A stretch of 64,000 nt of DNA, taken from Vicugna vicugna. Lineage: Eukaryota. Where the stretch lies: assembly GCA_013265495.1 (NCBI GenBank), contig MU062841.1:9635786-9699785 (forward strand). Direction: 5' to 3'. Shown in pieces: positions 1-12,100 of this stretch (position 1 is the stretch's first letter; each line of letters opens with the position of its first letter). Below the pieces are notes generated by a model. That model ran no database searches. It worked only from the letters and a program-made list of their open reading frames with translations, and was not told the origin of the DNA. Made by a program: the position numbers and the translations under genes.

Positions 1-335
1 AACCAACACCCATCTCAGTGAGCAAGGCGGTGCAGGGCAGGGGCCAGGGTTGCTTACTTCAATGTAAGCAAAGTCGTTCAGCAGGTGGAAGAAACGCTGC
101 TTGGAACTTTCCATCTTCACCTCCAAGAAGCGGTCCTTTGTCTTCTGGAAAACAAACCAGACCCAGCGTGGTCGTCAGGCCTGGGGAGTCACGCGTCTGG
201 TCTCCCCCTCCCTCTCCCGTCCCCCTAGTCACCGTCCACAGGTGTGAGGGGCTGTGCAGGTGTCCGGGCAGGACTCTCACGGGTCTGGGCCCGGCTGAAG
301 GCAAAGGGAGCCCCGGCTCGCCGTCAGCCACTCAC

Positions 336-540
336 CAGCTGAGCGCCGAGGAGCTTCCTGGGCATCGGCACGTCCACGACGGCCCTCTCCGTGAACTTGG
401 GGTAGGCCGTGGCCGTGCAGTCGCTGATGCCCGCGTTCTTTGGGATGAGAGCTTTAATCTTTATTCTCTCACAGCCTTTCACAGAGCAGAAGGCAAACTT
501 CTCTCTCTCATTCTGAGCTTTCAGCTTCAGGAACAGCAGC
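336..540 (-). CDS. CEMIP: CEMIP coding exon 24 (aa 1136-1204)
   Basis: LLFLKLKAQNEREKFAFCSVKGCERIKIKALIPKNAGISDCTATAYPKFTERAVVDVPMPRKLLGAQL; tgcag| ... |gtgagt; 205 nt. Confidence 0.97.
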
Positions 541-3500
541 CTGCACACAGGAGCAGAGCAGGGCGTTTGCTGTGGTACCCAGGTCCCCCTCCTCCGCTTC
601 CTCCTCTCTCACAGACATCTACCAAGCACTCTGTGCTGGCCACAGCAATTAGACCCAGGGGGCCCTACAAAATGGATCTGTGTCTACCGCAAGGTTATAT
701 GTGGTTGGAGAAATTTTTTAAAAATGCATTTAAGAAAAAGCTAATACTGACAATTTTCGGTGCTGTATGCCATGCTATGCTCATGCCATAAAGAGACATA
801 TTATCTCACTTAATCCTTGAACAATCCTGTTCAGTGGGTGCTGTTAGCATCTCTATTTCTCAGATCAGGAAACCATGTATGAGAGACGTGGAGTGACTTG
901 CCAGGACCACGCAAGGGACAGAGCTGGGGTTTTTCCATCCCATCCTATCCCTGTGCCTGGTGGGGAACAAGCTATCGGGCTTCCTAACTCAGCTCTTCTC
1001 CAAACCGTAATTTATCCTTGCTTCTTGTGAAGAACTAGAAGCGGACCTGGCGGTGCAGGGAATCAGATGACGAGGAAACCAAGGGGCTCAGTTTGGATTT
1101 GTTATCGCTGTTCTTTTAGCTCAGAAAACTGCTTTCAGGCTGATTCCCACATGAGAAACATTGGAGTATACGGTATGGGTTGTCCGGTGCAGACTCCCCT
1201 CTGGGAGTGGACCCTCTGCTGAGCCCAGTCTGCCCAGAGAGCTTATGAGCACCTTCGTGCCTTGGCGCCACCCCCACCCCCTCACCACAGCTGATGGGAC
1301 CAGGGGCGCATACTGGACTTGCAGAGGGGCCACCGATTGGCTACCCAACGGCCAAGAAGGTTCTCCGTCTCGAATTTGGATGAAGAGACCCAGGATCTCT
1401 TGTCAACTACTGGCTGGTGCTTAAGCTGGAAGGCCACATGGAGTTGGCACTGGGGCAACCGTTTTGAGCCATGTGCCCACCGAGGCATTGAGAGAGGAAG
1501 GCAGTTTTGCAATAAGAAGCTGACACACCAGGCCCAGCATGCGAGGGAACGTGTGTGAACGTGAGGAGAAAGAGCAGCCGAGCCCAGCAGGCCACCTGGT
1601 CCCTGCCAGCCCGTTTTCAGCACAGGAGCCCAGGGCGCCCAGCTGGGATGGCTTCCTGAAGATGCCTTGGCTCCCTCTCAAGAACACCTCCACTTCGAGC
1701 TCCCTTGAGTGGCTTCATGCTTCTTGCCATCCAGCGCTCCTGGAATGGAACTGTGGGCTGCTGCGGCATCACTCGCTGCAGCTGCGCGCAGAGCCGCTCC
1801 GACTGTGCCCCGTGCGCTGCGCGGGGTGGGGGGAGCTTCGGGCAGCTGGGGAGGAAGGCAGTTTAATGCTGCCTGTCATCACGTCTCCACTGGCGTCTCC
1901 CGCACGAGGTCAGAAACCACCCCAGGGGACAAGTTCATGAGCAAGATCCCGCAAGGAGACCCAGGCGGAGGAGTGGGCGTGGTCCTAGGCGTCTGCCCGA
2001 GGCTGCCAGTGTGCAGGTGTCCTCGCTGTCATGACAGATCAGAGTATGCAAACTGGGAGGGCCCTGGAAGACCATCTAGCCCACATCCCCGACTTTACAG
2101 AGAGCAGCTGCCTTCCCTGAGCCCCACCTTCAACACGGATGTGCCCGGGTCAGCTAGACCGGGAGGCCCTGAGGGGAATGAAAAGAATAAGGCCCTGGCG
2201 GCAGAAAGCCTGGGCTCAAATCCTGGCTGTGGGACCAGGTAGCATTTCACAGCAGCCCTACCGATGGCCGTGCACCTGAATGCTAGGCTTATTTATAGTT
2301 TAGCAATACCTCTCTTAGGTGGCAGCTGGCACCAGGACACAGCTAAAATCACTTGAGTGCTTTTTTTTTTCCCTTGAAAGATTTACAGAGGTGATTCAGA
2401 GTCTGAAAAAAAGTATTTGACACTTCAAGGCCCCTTCACTTGCAGCCTACTCACTTTTTATTTTACCCCCAGTTATAACAAGCTGGTTACCCAGTGTCCC
2501 AGCCCACAGCAGAGTAGGAGCTAGTCACTAAAGGCAGGTGCTCTGAATGTGAGCAAGAAAGAACAACACGTTTGTGAGGCAGAGAAGATCATTAAAAACA
2601 GCCTGAAGAATTAAAAAGTTTGGGCTGCTGCTCGGGAAGCAGACATCTCAGAACCCGGCTTCCAGCCCCGAAGGCTCTCACTGAACTAAAGCACAGCATG
2701 AGGCTCAGCGGGCTGAGGGTCACCCAAGCCACCAGCAGAAAGGTCGGATTACACAACAAAATCTACCTAAAGGGGGAAAATCATAGATCTTTCAGTGTTT
2801 TGATCAAAAAGGCTCAACTTGTTTAAGTGGCAGTTTGAAAAATTTGAAACCTTTTTTTGGAGACGTTCACATCTTGGAACATCCCATTTCTCATGATCCT
2901 ACAAGGAGGAGGAACTGCGCACACATGGCGCTGCGAGGGCTTCGCCTTAGTAACGTTTGGTTTTTTACCATAATGTTTTCTACTGGCGCAGGAGGGGTGT
3001 TTAAGTTCTCCTCCAGTTTTCATAGGGAGGGAGTTTTCTAAACACCCCGGGACCCGCCTCACCCCCTCACTGGCACCTTCTGGGGGAAGTGGGGTGACTC
3101 ATTTGGTGGGGGTGGGCATACAGGTCAGCCCACAGAGCAGGCACCTGGTCTGCCCCGTGAGCCCTAAGTCCTGGGGGCTGGGCTCCAGGTGGGGAGCCCA
3201 CGATGGCTCGGCGCTGCTCAGGGCTGGGCAGGTGCAACTGGGGCTGGTCTGGGGAAGCTCGGATGACCAGCAGCCATGTCATCATTAAGACTGATCGTTC
3301 CCTCTGCACATGCTGTCTTGTGTGCCCCACCATTGGTTCAGAATTGATGTGGGAAAAGGGGTGCTATTTCCTGCCTCCCAGAGCCCCAACATTTTGACGT
3401 ACACTTCTGATTTTCAAATTTGAATTTTTCCTTTCATCAAATCGATAAAGCCGTATCTTTCTTAACAAGTAAGAGACAGCGTCTCCTATTTCCTTATCAT

Positions 3501-6500
3501 TGAGCTCAGTTCAAGAATGGAAAAATGGCCGTGAAATGATCCTTTACCCCGAGGCCCCAGAGGGTTGGCTGGCAACAGCTTTATCGCTTTGGAGCTGTGT
3601 TGGCATTCTTAAGAGGTTAGAAGAACTCTGTTTTTAGGGGAGGAAACCAAATAGCTCCCTGTCTCCGTGAGCAGGTAATCTGTCCCCATGACATCTCTAC
3701 TGAATAGAACCGGTGCAGTTCAGCAAAAGGCGGGAGGGCTCTGGGTACAGTTAGGCGTGGCCTCCAAACGAGCCACGCCAAGTCTGTGCCATGGTCTCTG
3801 AGCAAGTCATTCCTGTGTGCCCTGTGCCTCCTGCCTTCATCTCTAAATCAGGGGTAGTATCACCTGCTCCAGCTGAGTGGTAGTAAGGAACTGAGGTCAT
3901 GTACCACGTTTGCTCAATTCTAAGATTCACTGCTTTCACTTTTTTTCTGAAATAGGTATATACCCTACAATCCACATGCATATTAATAGAGTGTTTATTT
4001 TACTCCTAAAGCTTCACAGCTTTAAAAAAAAATGTCATCCGTGGACGGTACAGTCTGCCTTAGAATGGCAGTGCCTAGGAAAGTATTCTACATTAACCGG
4101 CACGTGCTGCATGGTAGTTCTTAGGACTACTGGAAAGGCTGGGGGACAGAATGAGAACGGGGTGCTTTCCCACAGCCGGGTGGGGGCTCCTCACCCTGAG
4201 TCCTCATCCCAGTAGTAGTGGCTCCTGCCGGGATAGCTCTGCTCCGTTTTGTCCATCTGCGAGGTCCTCACGAAGATGCCCGTCTTGGACGTTTGCTTCA
4301 GCAGGCGATTGTGAACATCGGAGAGGATGGAAAAGGTGGTGCCTTGCGGGTAGCAGAACCCCACTCGGATCCAGTCGCCCCTACAACCGGAAGTGCATTC
4401 AGGTTACAAGCAAGGATGTCCAGGCCCCCGGGCCTCCTGGGCATGCCTTGGAGAGAGACCAGAGAATTCTCCAGCAAATGGCACCTCTACTTTCCAATGG
4501 GGAATTTTGAAAGAGCACTTGCTGTGTGGGTCATGATTGGGTCAAAGAGTGTTCCAGGACAGTGGGAGAGATGGAGACTGCAATGAATGAGGAGGACCAT
4601 TGGAGGGGGTCGGTCGGGGGCTCCCAGGATGTACATTGGGTGCTCCATGTGGAACTTTGGCTGATGTGAAAGAGGGCTGGAGTGAAAGAGTCAGGATCTG
4701 TAGGACCCAGATTCAGACCCTTCCTGGTCCAGCCTGATTGTGGGACCCATTTCATCTCTTTAGGTCTCACCTGCATCTGATAAATGTCTGTCTCACAGAA
4801 ATACTGTGATCAGTCAATAATGTGCATAGAAAATACATGAACAGAAATATATGACGCCCTATCCAGACGCCCTCAGCTTAATTCCTTGACCTCGCAGCCT
4901 CGTTTCCCGCTCTGTAAAACAGTAGCGACAGCTTCCAGGCATGTTTAACCATATATCGAGCACTTCGTAAAGCCGGGTCCTGGGCAAAATGCCCAGCCTA
5001 CGCTGCCTTGCTCGATCCTCGTTACACTTCTGCCAAGTATCAGTATCCCCATCTCCCAGATGAAGGAACTGAGGTTCCAAGGGGGTAGATGCCCTGCCTG
5101 AGGTCGCCCACACCCAGAAAGGGGGCTCAGCCCAGGTCTTCTGATTCTTAACCCCTAGGCGATGTCAAGCCCTCTAAATCCGTCCTCCTGCAGGGATGAC
5201 ATGGGCTAGCCTGAGGCTCCGTGAGCGGTAAGCCCGGGACCTTGCAAAGAGGCTTCGTTATCACCGCCGCCTGGAGCTCCGTCAGAGCAGCGGTCCCCAG
5301 GTCACACTGCTCCCGCCAGGCACCCACTCACTTGTTGAAGTTTATGAGCCAGATGATGAGCTCGGCGGGGGCCGTCTGGTCCCAGTGGATGGTGTAGCCC
5401 TTCTGCAGGGTGATGACTGGCTGGTACTGCTGGTAGTGCGTGCTCCTGGCCAGGGCCCCCTCCAGGTAGAGAGGGTGGCTAGGGAAGTCATTCTTGATGA
5501 TCTTCATTCGCAGATTACTGGTCTTGTAGGCCTGAATATACATCTTTTAAAACCCAAAAAGGAAACACACAACGGGGCAATTACAAGGGATTATTCCAAG
5601 AGCGTCTGGTTAACATCTGACTACAGACTACACTTTCAAAGGCACTTTCTCTGAACAGAGCTCTTTTTAGAAAGCTTGAATGAAAGGAGGCCAAATAAGG
5701 GGGCATCTCTTTCTGCTGGTGAAGGCAGCCCAAGCCGTACTGTGCGATCCAGCTAAAGCTTTCTGCACATTTTCAAAAAAGTGCTCTGTTGAGGAGAGAC
5801 CAGTGGAAACTTGGGGGGAGTCTGCTTAATGGTCAGCTGGCAAATTTTGGGAAAAGGCGGGGACTCAGGAGCTAAAGGAAGGCAGAGAGGGGGAGAGAGA
5901 ATTTTGACACTTCTGCTGCAAACGCAACTCCCCTTTAACTGGCTGTTGTCCTGCGTGAATTTGAGAAAGAGCCTGGGTGTGCGGCTCTAGGTCTTCCCCT
6001 GATTCTCAGTGTCTGGCCCTTGTGGTCAGTCCATGTGCCTGTCAGTACATCCCGGGGAGTGAATGACATCTCATTTCAGAGAGAAAAACCGAAAGCAAGA
6101 CTGTCAGCCACTGAGTCCCAGGGACCGAAGAGCCCTCTTTGTTGAAAACACTGTGACCTGTTTGAGAACCTGTCTCACATTCATCAAATGACATCCTTGT
6201 AGCTGTGGCCAAGATAGACCATCACATCAAGGGGCAATAATGTTGTGCCTTTGGAAGGAAGGGGTTATCTTCGCCTCCAGTTGTATTACATATAAAATGG
6301 GAAGAGAAACTTTAACTCCACCCTCAAATGGAGCTGTCATGAGTATCAAGAGCTTAGAGAAACATTAAAGCATTTTGTAAGCTGTCAAGTGGAGGGAGGA
6401 GGTTATTACTAATAATTAGCCAGTAGCCTGGTTGTCATAACCTGGCAAGCTCTAACTATCAGCCTTTTTCTACACAAGATAAACACTATGGGAAAGAAAG

Positions 6501-9072
6501 GGTGGGCGGGAAGTTCAAGATCAAGGCTCTGCATGGGATGCCTCGCCCTTGAATCAGGGATGCTGTGATACTGGCAGAGTGTGGCTGCAAGGCTTAAGGG
6601 CTTGGTCACCCTTTAATTATTCGGGTCATGACTCCTGTCTCTCAGCTCCCTTCTGACTCCACTTCCCTTCTTATCTGCCCCAGACCATCACGTCAACTGC
6701 TCGCTCCTGTAGCATCAGATCCCTTGCCCTGTGCACACACGCAGCAGAAGCCTCAGCCTGGGTTGTTCCACGGGTCCCCCCTCCGCTGCCAGGGCTCTGG
6801 AACAGGGCCGAGAAAACCCCACAGCCTGGGAGAGCGGTGCCCCTTGCAGGGGGCCATCGGCAGCCTCCACCGGCTTTCAGCAGGGCCCGGCATTCCTTCC
6901 CCACGCCCCTTGTCAGCATTTTCCAGTCTCGGTGGCAGCCCTTCCCAGCCTTATCTCTGTCTGCAGGCCACCCGGCTCAGGCCCACGCTCCACCCTCTCA
7001 GTTCACGACCTCACCCTCCACTGTGGAAAGAAACTCTCTCGACTTCGCCAGCCCCGCCTTCCTCTGGGCTCTGCCGCCACTGCTCCCACCCCCGCTGGCA
7101 CCTGCTCCGAGCGCGCCTCTCCCCCAGGTCCCCCACTTGGCCCCCAGGAGCCCTTTCCCCTCACGGGCAGTAGCCCCCTCCCCAACCCTCCCCAGACTCC
7201 AAACCATCTTTAGCTTTTTTCTGACACCCGGATTGCTGATGGTGACAATGCCTGCCCGTAGGGCGGTTGTGAGGACAACTTCGTGCTTAGTTTCCGTGCC
7301 CGCTTTGGGGCCACCTGGCTCACCGTGCCTCCCTCCTATCTGACAGCCCTTCATTTCTTTGGGTCTCTCTTCTCCTGTTCATCTATTCCTCAGTCGTTCC
7401 TCCAAATAATATCAGGAACAATAATACAGTGACATTTTCCCATTGCAGGCACTGCCCCTGCCTGCCGGCCCATACTGTAGCCGCTGGCCACGTGCAGCTG
7501 CTGGGCTCTAAAAGTGGGACCGGTGTGGCTGAGGACCTGAATTTTACATCTCATTTTAATTAATTTAAATTTCAAACCAAAGACAGTGCAAAACAGTTGT
7601 CCGTGAAACGCAGCTTTACTGTTGGGGTCGGACCAGCTGTTGCTTTGATGGAAGAAAATTTGCATCTAGGTTGAGCGGGCTATAAATATGAAACGTGCTG
7701 TGGATGTCGAAGGCTTAGGGCAGGAAACAAACATAAACATAAAGAATGTTCCATTCATGATTTTTTTATATTGGTTACATGTTGAGAGGATAGTATTTTG
7801 AATATATTGAGTTAAATCAAGTGTATCATTTAAATAGATTTCTCCCATTTCTTCTTCCTTTTTTAAAAAAAGTCTTTTTTTAAACCTTTGTTCTTATTTA
7901 TTTATTTTTGGGGAAAGTAATTAGGTTTATTTATTTTTATTTACTTTTTAATGGAAGTGCTGGGGCTTGAACCCAGGACCTCGTGCATGCCAGGCATGTG
8001 CTCTCCCACTGAGCTGCGCCCTCCCCATTCTTTTTCCTTATTAATGCGGCTACTGGAAGATCTGAGATCACGTCTAGGGGAGTGTATAGCTCAGTGGGAG
8101 AGTGCATACTTAGCATACATGAGGTCCTGGGTTCAAGCCCCAGTATCTCTATTAAAAAATAAAAAAAGACCATGTGGACGGCTTGCACTGTATTTCTGGT
8201 GGAGAGGGCTGGTGAGGCACTCTGCGGGGGCCCAGCTGTTACTCTGCCCTCACAGATGAGGCACACAGTAAGTGCTGGGGCCTGACCTCACAGAGCTCCT
8301 TCTCTAAGCATTTTGCCTACAAAGTGTTTTCACTTAGATTTTTTTTGAAAATCCTATTGAGTGAGAAGAAAAAATAAAGAGAAAGAAAGAAGAATACAAA
8401 AGAAGCCTCCATCTCTTTCTGGCCTGGCCTAGAGGCGAGCATACAGTAGGCTGTCACTCCACGCTTGTCCCATGAGTGAGTGACCGGTGACACCCGGGGA
8501 GGTGTGCCCTGCGTCCTCACCTGTGCGTAGCGCCCGCTGCAGATGGCGCCTCTCCAGTCGGGAACGTCGATGCAGTCTGGGTGCCGGACCAGCCAGTTAT
8601 CGTCCTTGGTGAGGTAGGACCCCGGGTACTCGGACACCGAGCCATCGACATCATGGAACACTGATGTCTTATCCCCATCCATGTCCAGCTGGTTGAACCA
8701 GGGCCCAGGCTCTCCGAAGAACACTCTGGAAGTAATCTAAACAGAGCCCAGGAAAGTTAGGCTGGGCCAGGCAAAGGGAAGCTGCAGCCGTCATCGGGCC
8801 AGGGCGAAGTTTCCGATTTCCGCTGACATTACAAACCAGCCAAACCAAAGATGCTCTGGGGCACTGGAGGAAACCACGCAGCTGACCTCTCAGATGGAGC
8901 CAGCAAAACGGCCAAAGGTTCACTGTGCCTCAACTCTCAGACCCAGCATGGTATTTTGGCCTCTGCTCACTGGAGGGTTGGCTGCTGTGTGTGACCCTGG
9001 AGAGCGTTCTGATACATGGCTGAAAACACTGCAGGAATGGGGGTGGTGGGGAGTGTGTGTGCGTGCATGTGC

Positions 9073-9103
<31 letters not shown>

Positions 9104-12100
9104 GAAGAGGCTGAGGTGGTGATGAATGTTTGTATGAGAAAGTATACATATAATACACACACACACACAGGCTGGGGTGGATTTGTGTGAGAAAGAATGT
9201 ATGACTGTTTCAGGAAGACAGTCTTTCAACATGAGCCCTTGGAGATTTCCACAACTGACCTCTTTCAGGCCTTCAGTGGCCTAAGAAAAGAAATTAAGTA
9301 ACTTGAGTTTCACATCTTTTCCCTCAGCCTGCCAGGAACTGGGCAGACAGGCAGAGGGCAGGAGGGGGGTCTGGGAAATCTGTACCCCAAAGAGAATGCC
9401 CCAGGAGCCCTGGGCCTGCCTCGCCTCACAGGGTAGCCCTCTGTCCTGACCTCCTCACCCCCAGCTCTGGTCTGTCGGCCGGCACGGCCAGGAAGGCCTA
9501 TTTATGTTCCACTCTCAGGGAGAGATTAAACAGAGCATCTTCTGCAAAGATTCCTTTGGAAACTGCTGGGGTTTTTAGATTAATTGTGCCCACTGAAGTG
9601 GGCTGGTTACAAGACTCGGTAGGCGGAAGCCAAGCCCCTTGGAGGCACAGCCTCAGAACCTTGAGGGCAGCGAAGGTTTCTGCCGCGGCTTGGGTGCATG
9701 TTGAGCAGGGTGAGGGCAAGCGGGCATTTACCCAGACTTGACCTGTGTGCGGCAACCTACGCCTGTACTTTTCCAGTTTGGATACAGACAGATCTGGGAC
9801 GTGGCCCAGCCTGCTTGGAGGAGGCTGTTCAACCCCTGCGGTGGTGGCAACGGCTCAAACTCCAGGCCCCGGGGGACTTGTGAATCACTGCCCAAAGTCT
9901 GGCTTTGCCGGGAGCCTGCCGCGGCGCCTCACTCACCGGGACGTCCTCAAAGGCAATGTTGGTCACGTTGTTATGCGGGCAGCTCTGCCAGGCGTTGTTC
10001 AGACGGAAGGCCAGGGCGCTGGTGTGCCGGCCCTCCAGGGCTGCAAACTTGCGGAAAGTGCAGTTCTGGATGTTGATGGGGCCATCGTAGAACTGAATTC
10101 CTCGGATCGGAAAATTCCTATGGCGTTAAGGAAGCCAGATGTCAGGCCGATCACCATGTGCCACCATGCTGTTTGCACCCTCCAAGGTGGATGGTGAGAG
10201 ACTTTCTGGGTAAAGCATTCCTGATTCCCACCCCCAGAAACTCCCCCTACCACAGAACACTAGTGATTCATTAATTCATTCACTGAGAAAGCATTTACAC
10301 ACATAGTAAATGTCAGTAAATGATTGCTGGATGAATTGCTGGATGGATGGACAGATGGATGTCTAGTTGCTGACTTAGAGGATGGTCCTCTATACAAACA
10401 TTTCTCTTGATTTTTCCATCCGATAAAGAGTCATGGATAAATACTGTAAATACTACTGGAGCATGCCAGTATCAGGTCCCTTGGGAGAGTAGAGCCATTA
10501 GTCATTATCGCCTTAGTCTGAGTTGCTATAACAATTTAATTAGTTAAGACGCTGATGAGTTTCCTCTCTGTGAGTAAGCCTTTCAGTTGGCAGTACACTG
10601 GGTTTGGGAGACCAGGGAGAGGAAGGGCACAGGATGGAAGGTGATAATGAAATGGTAAAATAACTGCGATGTAACTTTTCAAGCATCGCTAGAAGAGAGG
10701 GCAGGCCCCACCACCACCCAGGAGGACAAGACTGTGAACTGCCAGAGGACCCTAAGAGGGGCCTGAGACCCAGGAAGCAGGGAAAGGTTGTATGAAGAAG
10801 CAAAAGGCTTGGGGATGGAGGTGGAAGGGACAAGAGGAGCACTCGTGACTTGGACATTTTGCCTTGGGCCCAATGCAAGGGGTAGGGCGTTCAGAGGCTC
10901 CTCTCTCCTCGGCCACGGACTCCTGAGCAGGGCGTGGGAAGCAAGGGCCTAAGAGGGGCTGGCTTCCTGGTGGTCCTTCTTGGACCTGGCCCTAAATCTA
11001 GGCTTGCTCATTCTGCAAGCCCGATTTTTATGCTCTTACTGGTATCTCTACCTCTGGGCCAGGGCCCTCTCCTTCCACAGTGGACATAAAGAAGAAAGGA
11101 CAGAAAGAGGGGAAAGCAAATAGAAAGGGGACTCTGTCCATGGGAAGCTGCTGTATTCCAGCTGCCCCCATCTTCAATGCTGGGCTCCCCTCATTCAGAC
11201 ACGGTTCCCTGAGGAAGCGCCTGGTCACGCCCGTGCCGGCACTGTGCCTTCAGCCGACTCCGAGGCCTTCTGGCGTTTCTGTATCTTTGTATTTGTAACT
11301 GACTGATGTCATCGCCTTGCATCCCAGGTCTCAAGGAGTGGCTCCATGCGTCTTTTCGTTTAAGGTATTTCAGGGACAGCCGGTTCTCACCAGCTCTATT
11401 ATTAAACTGTGTGCTTACTTTGCCTTGGGACCCCCAACCCAGGCCCCTACAGGGTGAATCCCTCACCATGAAGACTGCACAGTCCTAGGTTTCTGCTCCC
11501 AAGTGCAGTCTGAGGAACCTGCCTGAATCTGACGGAGCTGTCAGGTCTCCATAAACAAGTGCACCTCTGGAGTCATCAGAGCAGTCTGGCCCTGGGAGAT
11601 GGGTGACCCTCAGCGAAGAAACCCACATATGCAGACCCAGAGCCACTCACGAAGATGATCTGGAGAGACTGCTACATCACTTAGGTTAGACAGAAACAAG
11701 GGCTCTGGATAGCTCGTGCCAAAGGGGCCTGTGGTTCTGTCTGCAAAACCTTTTCAAAGACACACATCCACTTGGGCTGGGAGTTTAGGCCTGTGTCCTG
11801 CCTAGAGAGGCAGGAATGACAGATTCCTAGAGAAAGAGAAGAAAGCTCAGGGGGCAGGAAGGGTTGATCTTAGCCCTCAGAGAACAGGGTCCCCCTGCTG
11901 CTTGTGGCCCAGAGTCCTGCTCTCTGGCTTGAATTCCTATCTGAGCAGAAACACCATCAGAAGGAGAGATTTCCTCACTGCTGACCTAAGCTGTGGCTTT
12001 CCAAGGAACTGGCTGAGTCTCTTTTCTCTGTCAGCTCTCCGAGTAACCCCCTCCCTCCCCAACTGCTCGGTTATAATCCAGCCTTCAGCAGCAGAGAGCC

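Larger units (their letters stand above)
7460..8211. mobile_element. Decayed hAT-Charlie DNA transposon (Charlie1/MER33-like), interrupted by two SINEs
   Basis: Left end catactgtagccgctggccacgtg...ttaattaatttaaattt; internal ttttatattggttacatgttga...gaatatattgagttaaat; resumes between and after the SINEs (taatgcggctactgg; tgtatttctggtggagagggctg). Matches recalled consensus. Confidence 0.7.

Noticed and set aside
18-791. 257-aa plus-strand ORF (longest in the track)
   Set aside because: Antisense shadow of CEMIP exon 24 plus GC-rich intron; low-complexity P/S/G composition; no recognisable domain
6628-7354. Cluster of overlapping 118-181 aa ORFs in several frames
   Set aside because: C-rich, stop-poor sequence running into a MIR fragment; Pro/Ser-rich translations in all frames indicate compositional bias
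7937-8266. tRNA gene(s), or ORFs such as MEVLGLEPRTSCM...
   Set aside because: A/B boxes belong to tRNA-derived SINEs with A-rich tails and TSDs; no intact cloverleaf; the ORFs are SINE translations
10141-10151. 11-bp match gtcaggccgat to exon 18 (about 12804), suggesting a duplicated mini-exon
   Set aside because: Match does not extend and lacks splice sites; expected by chance
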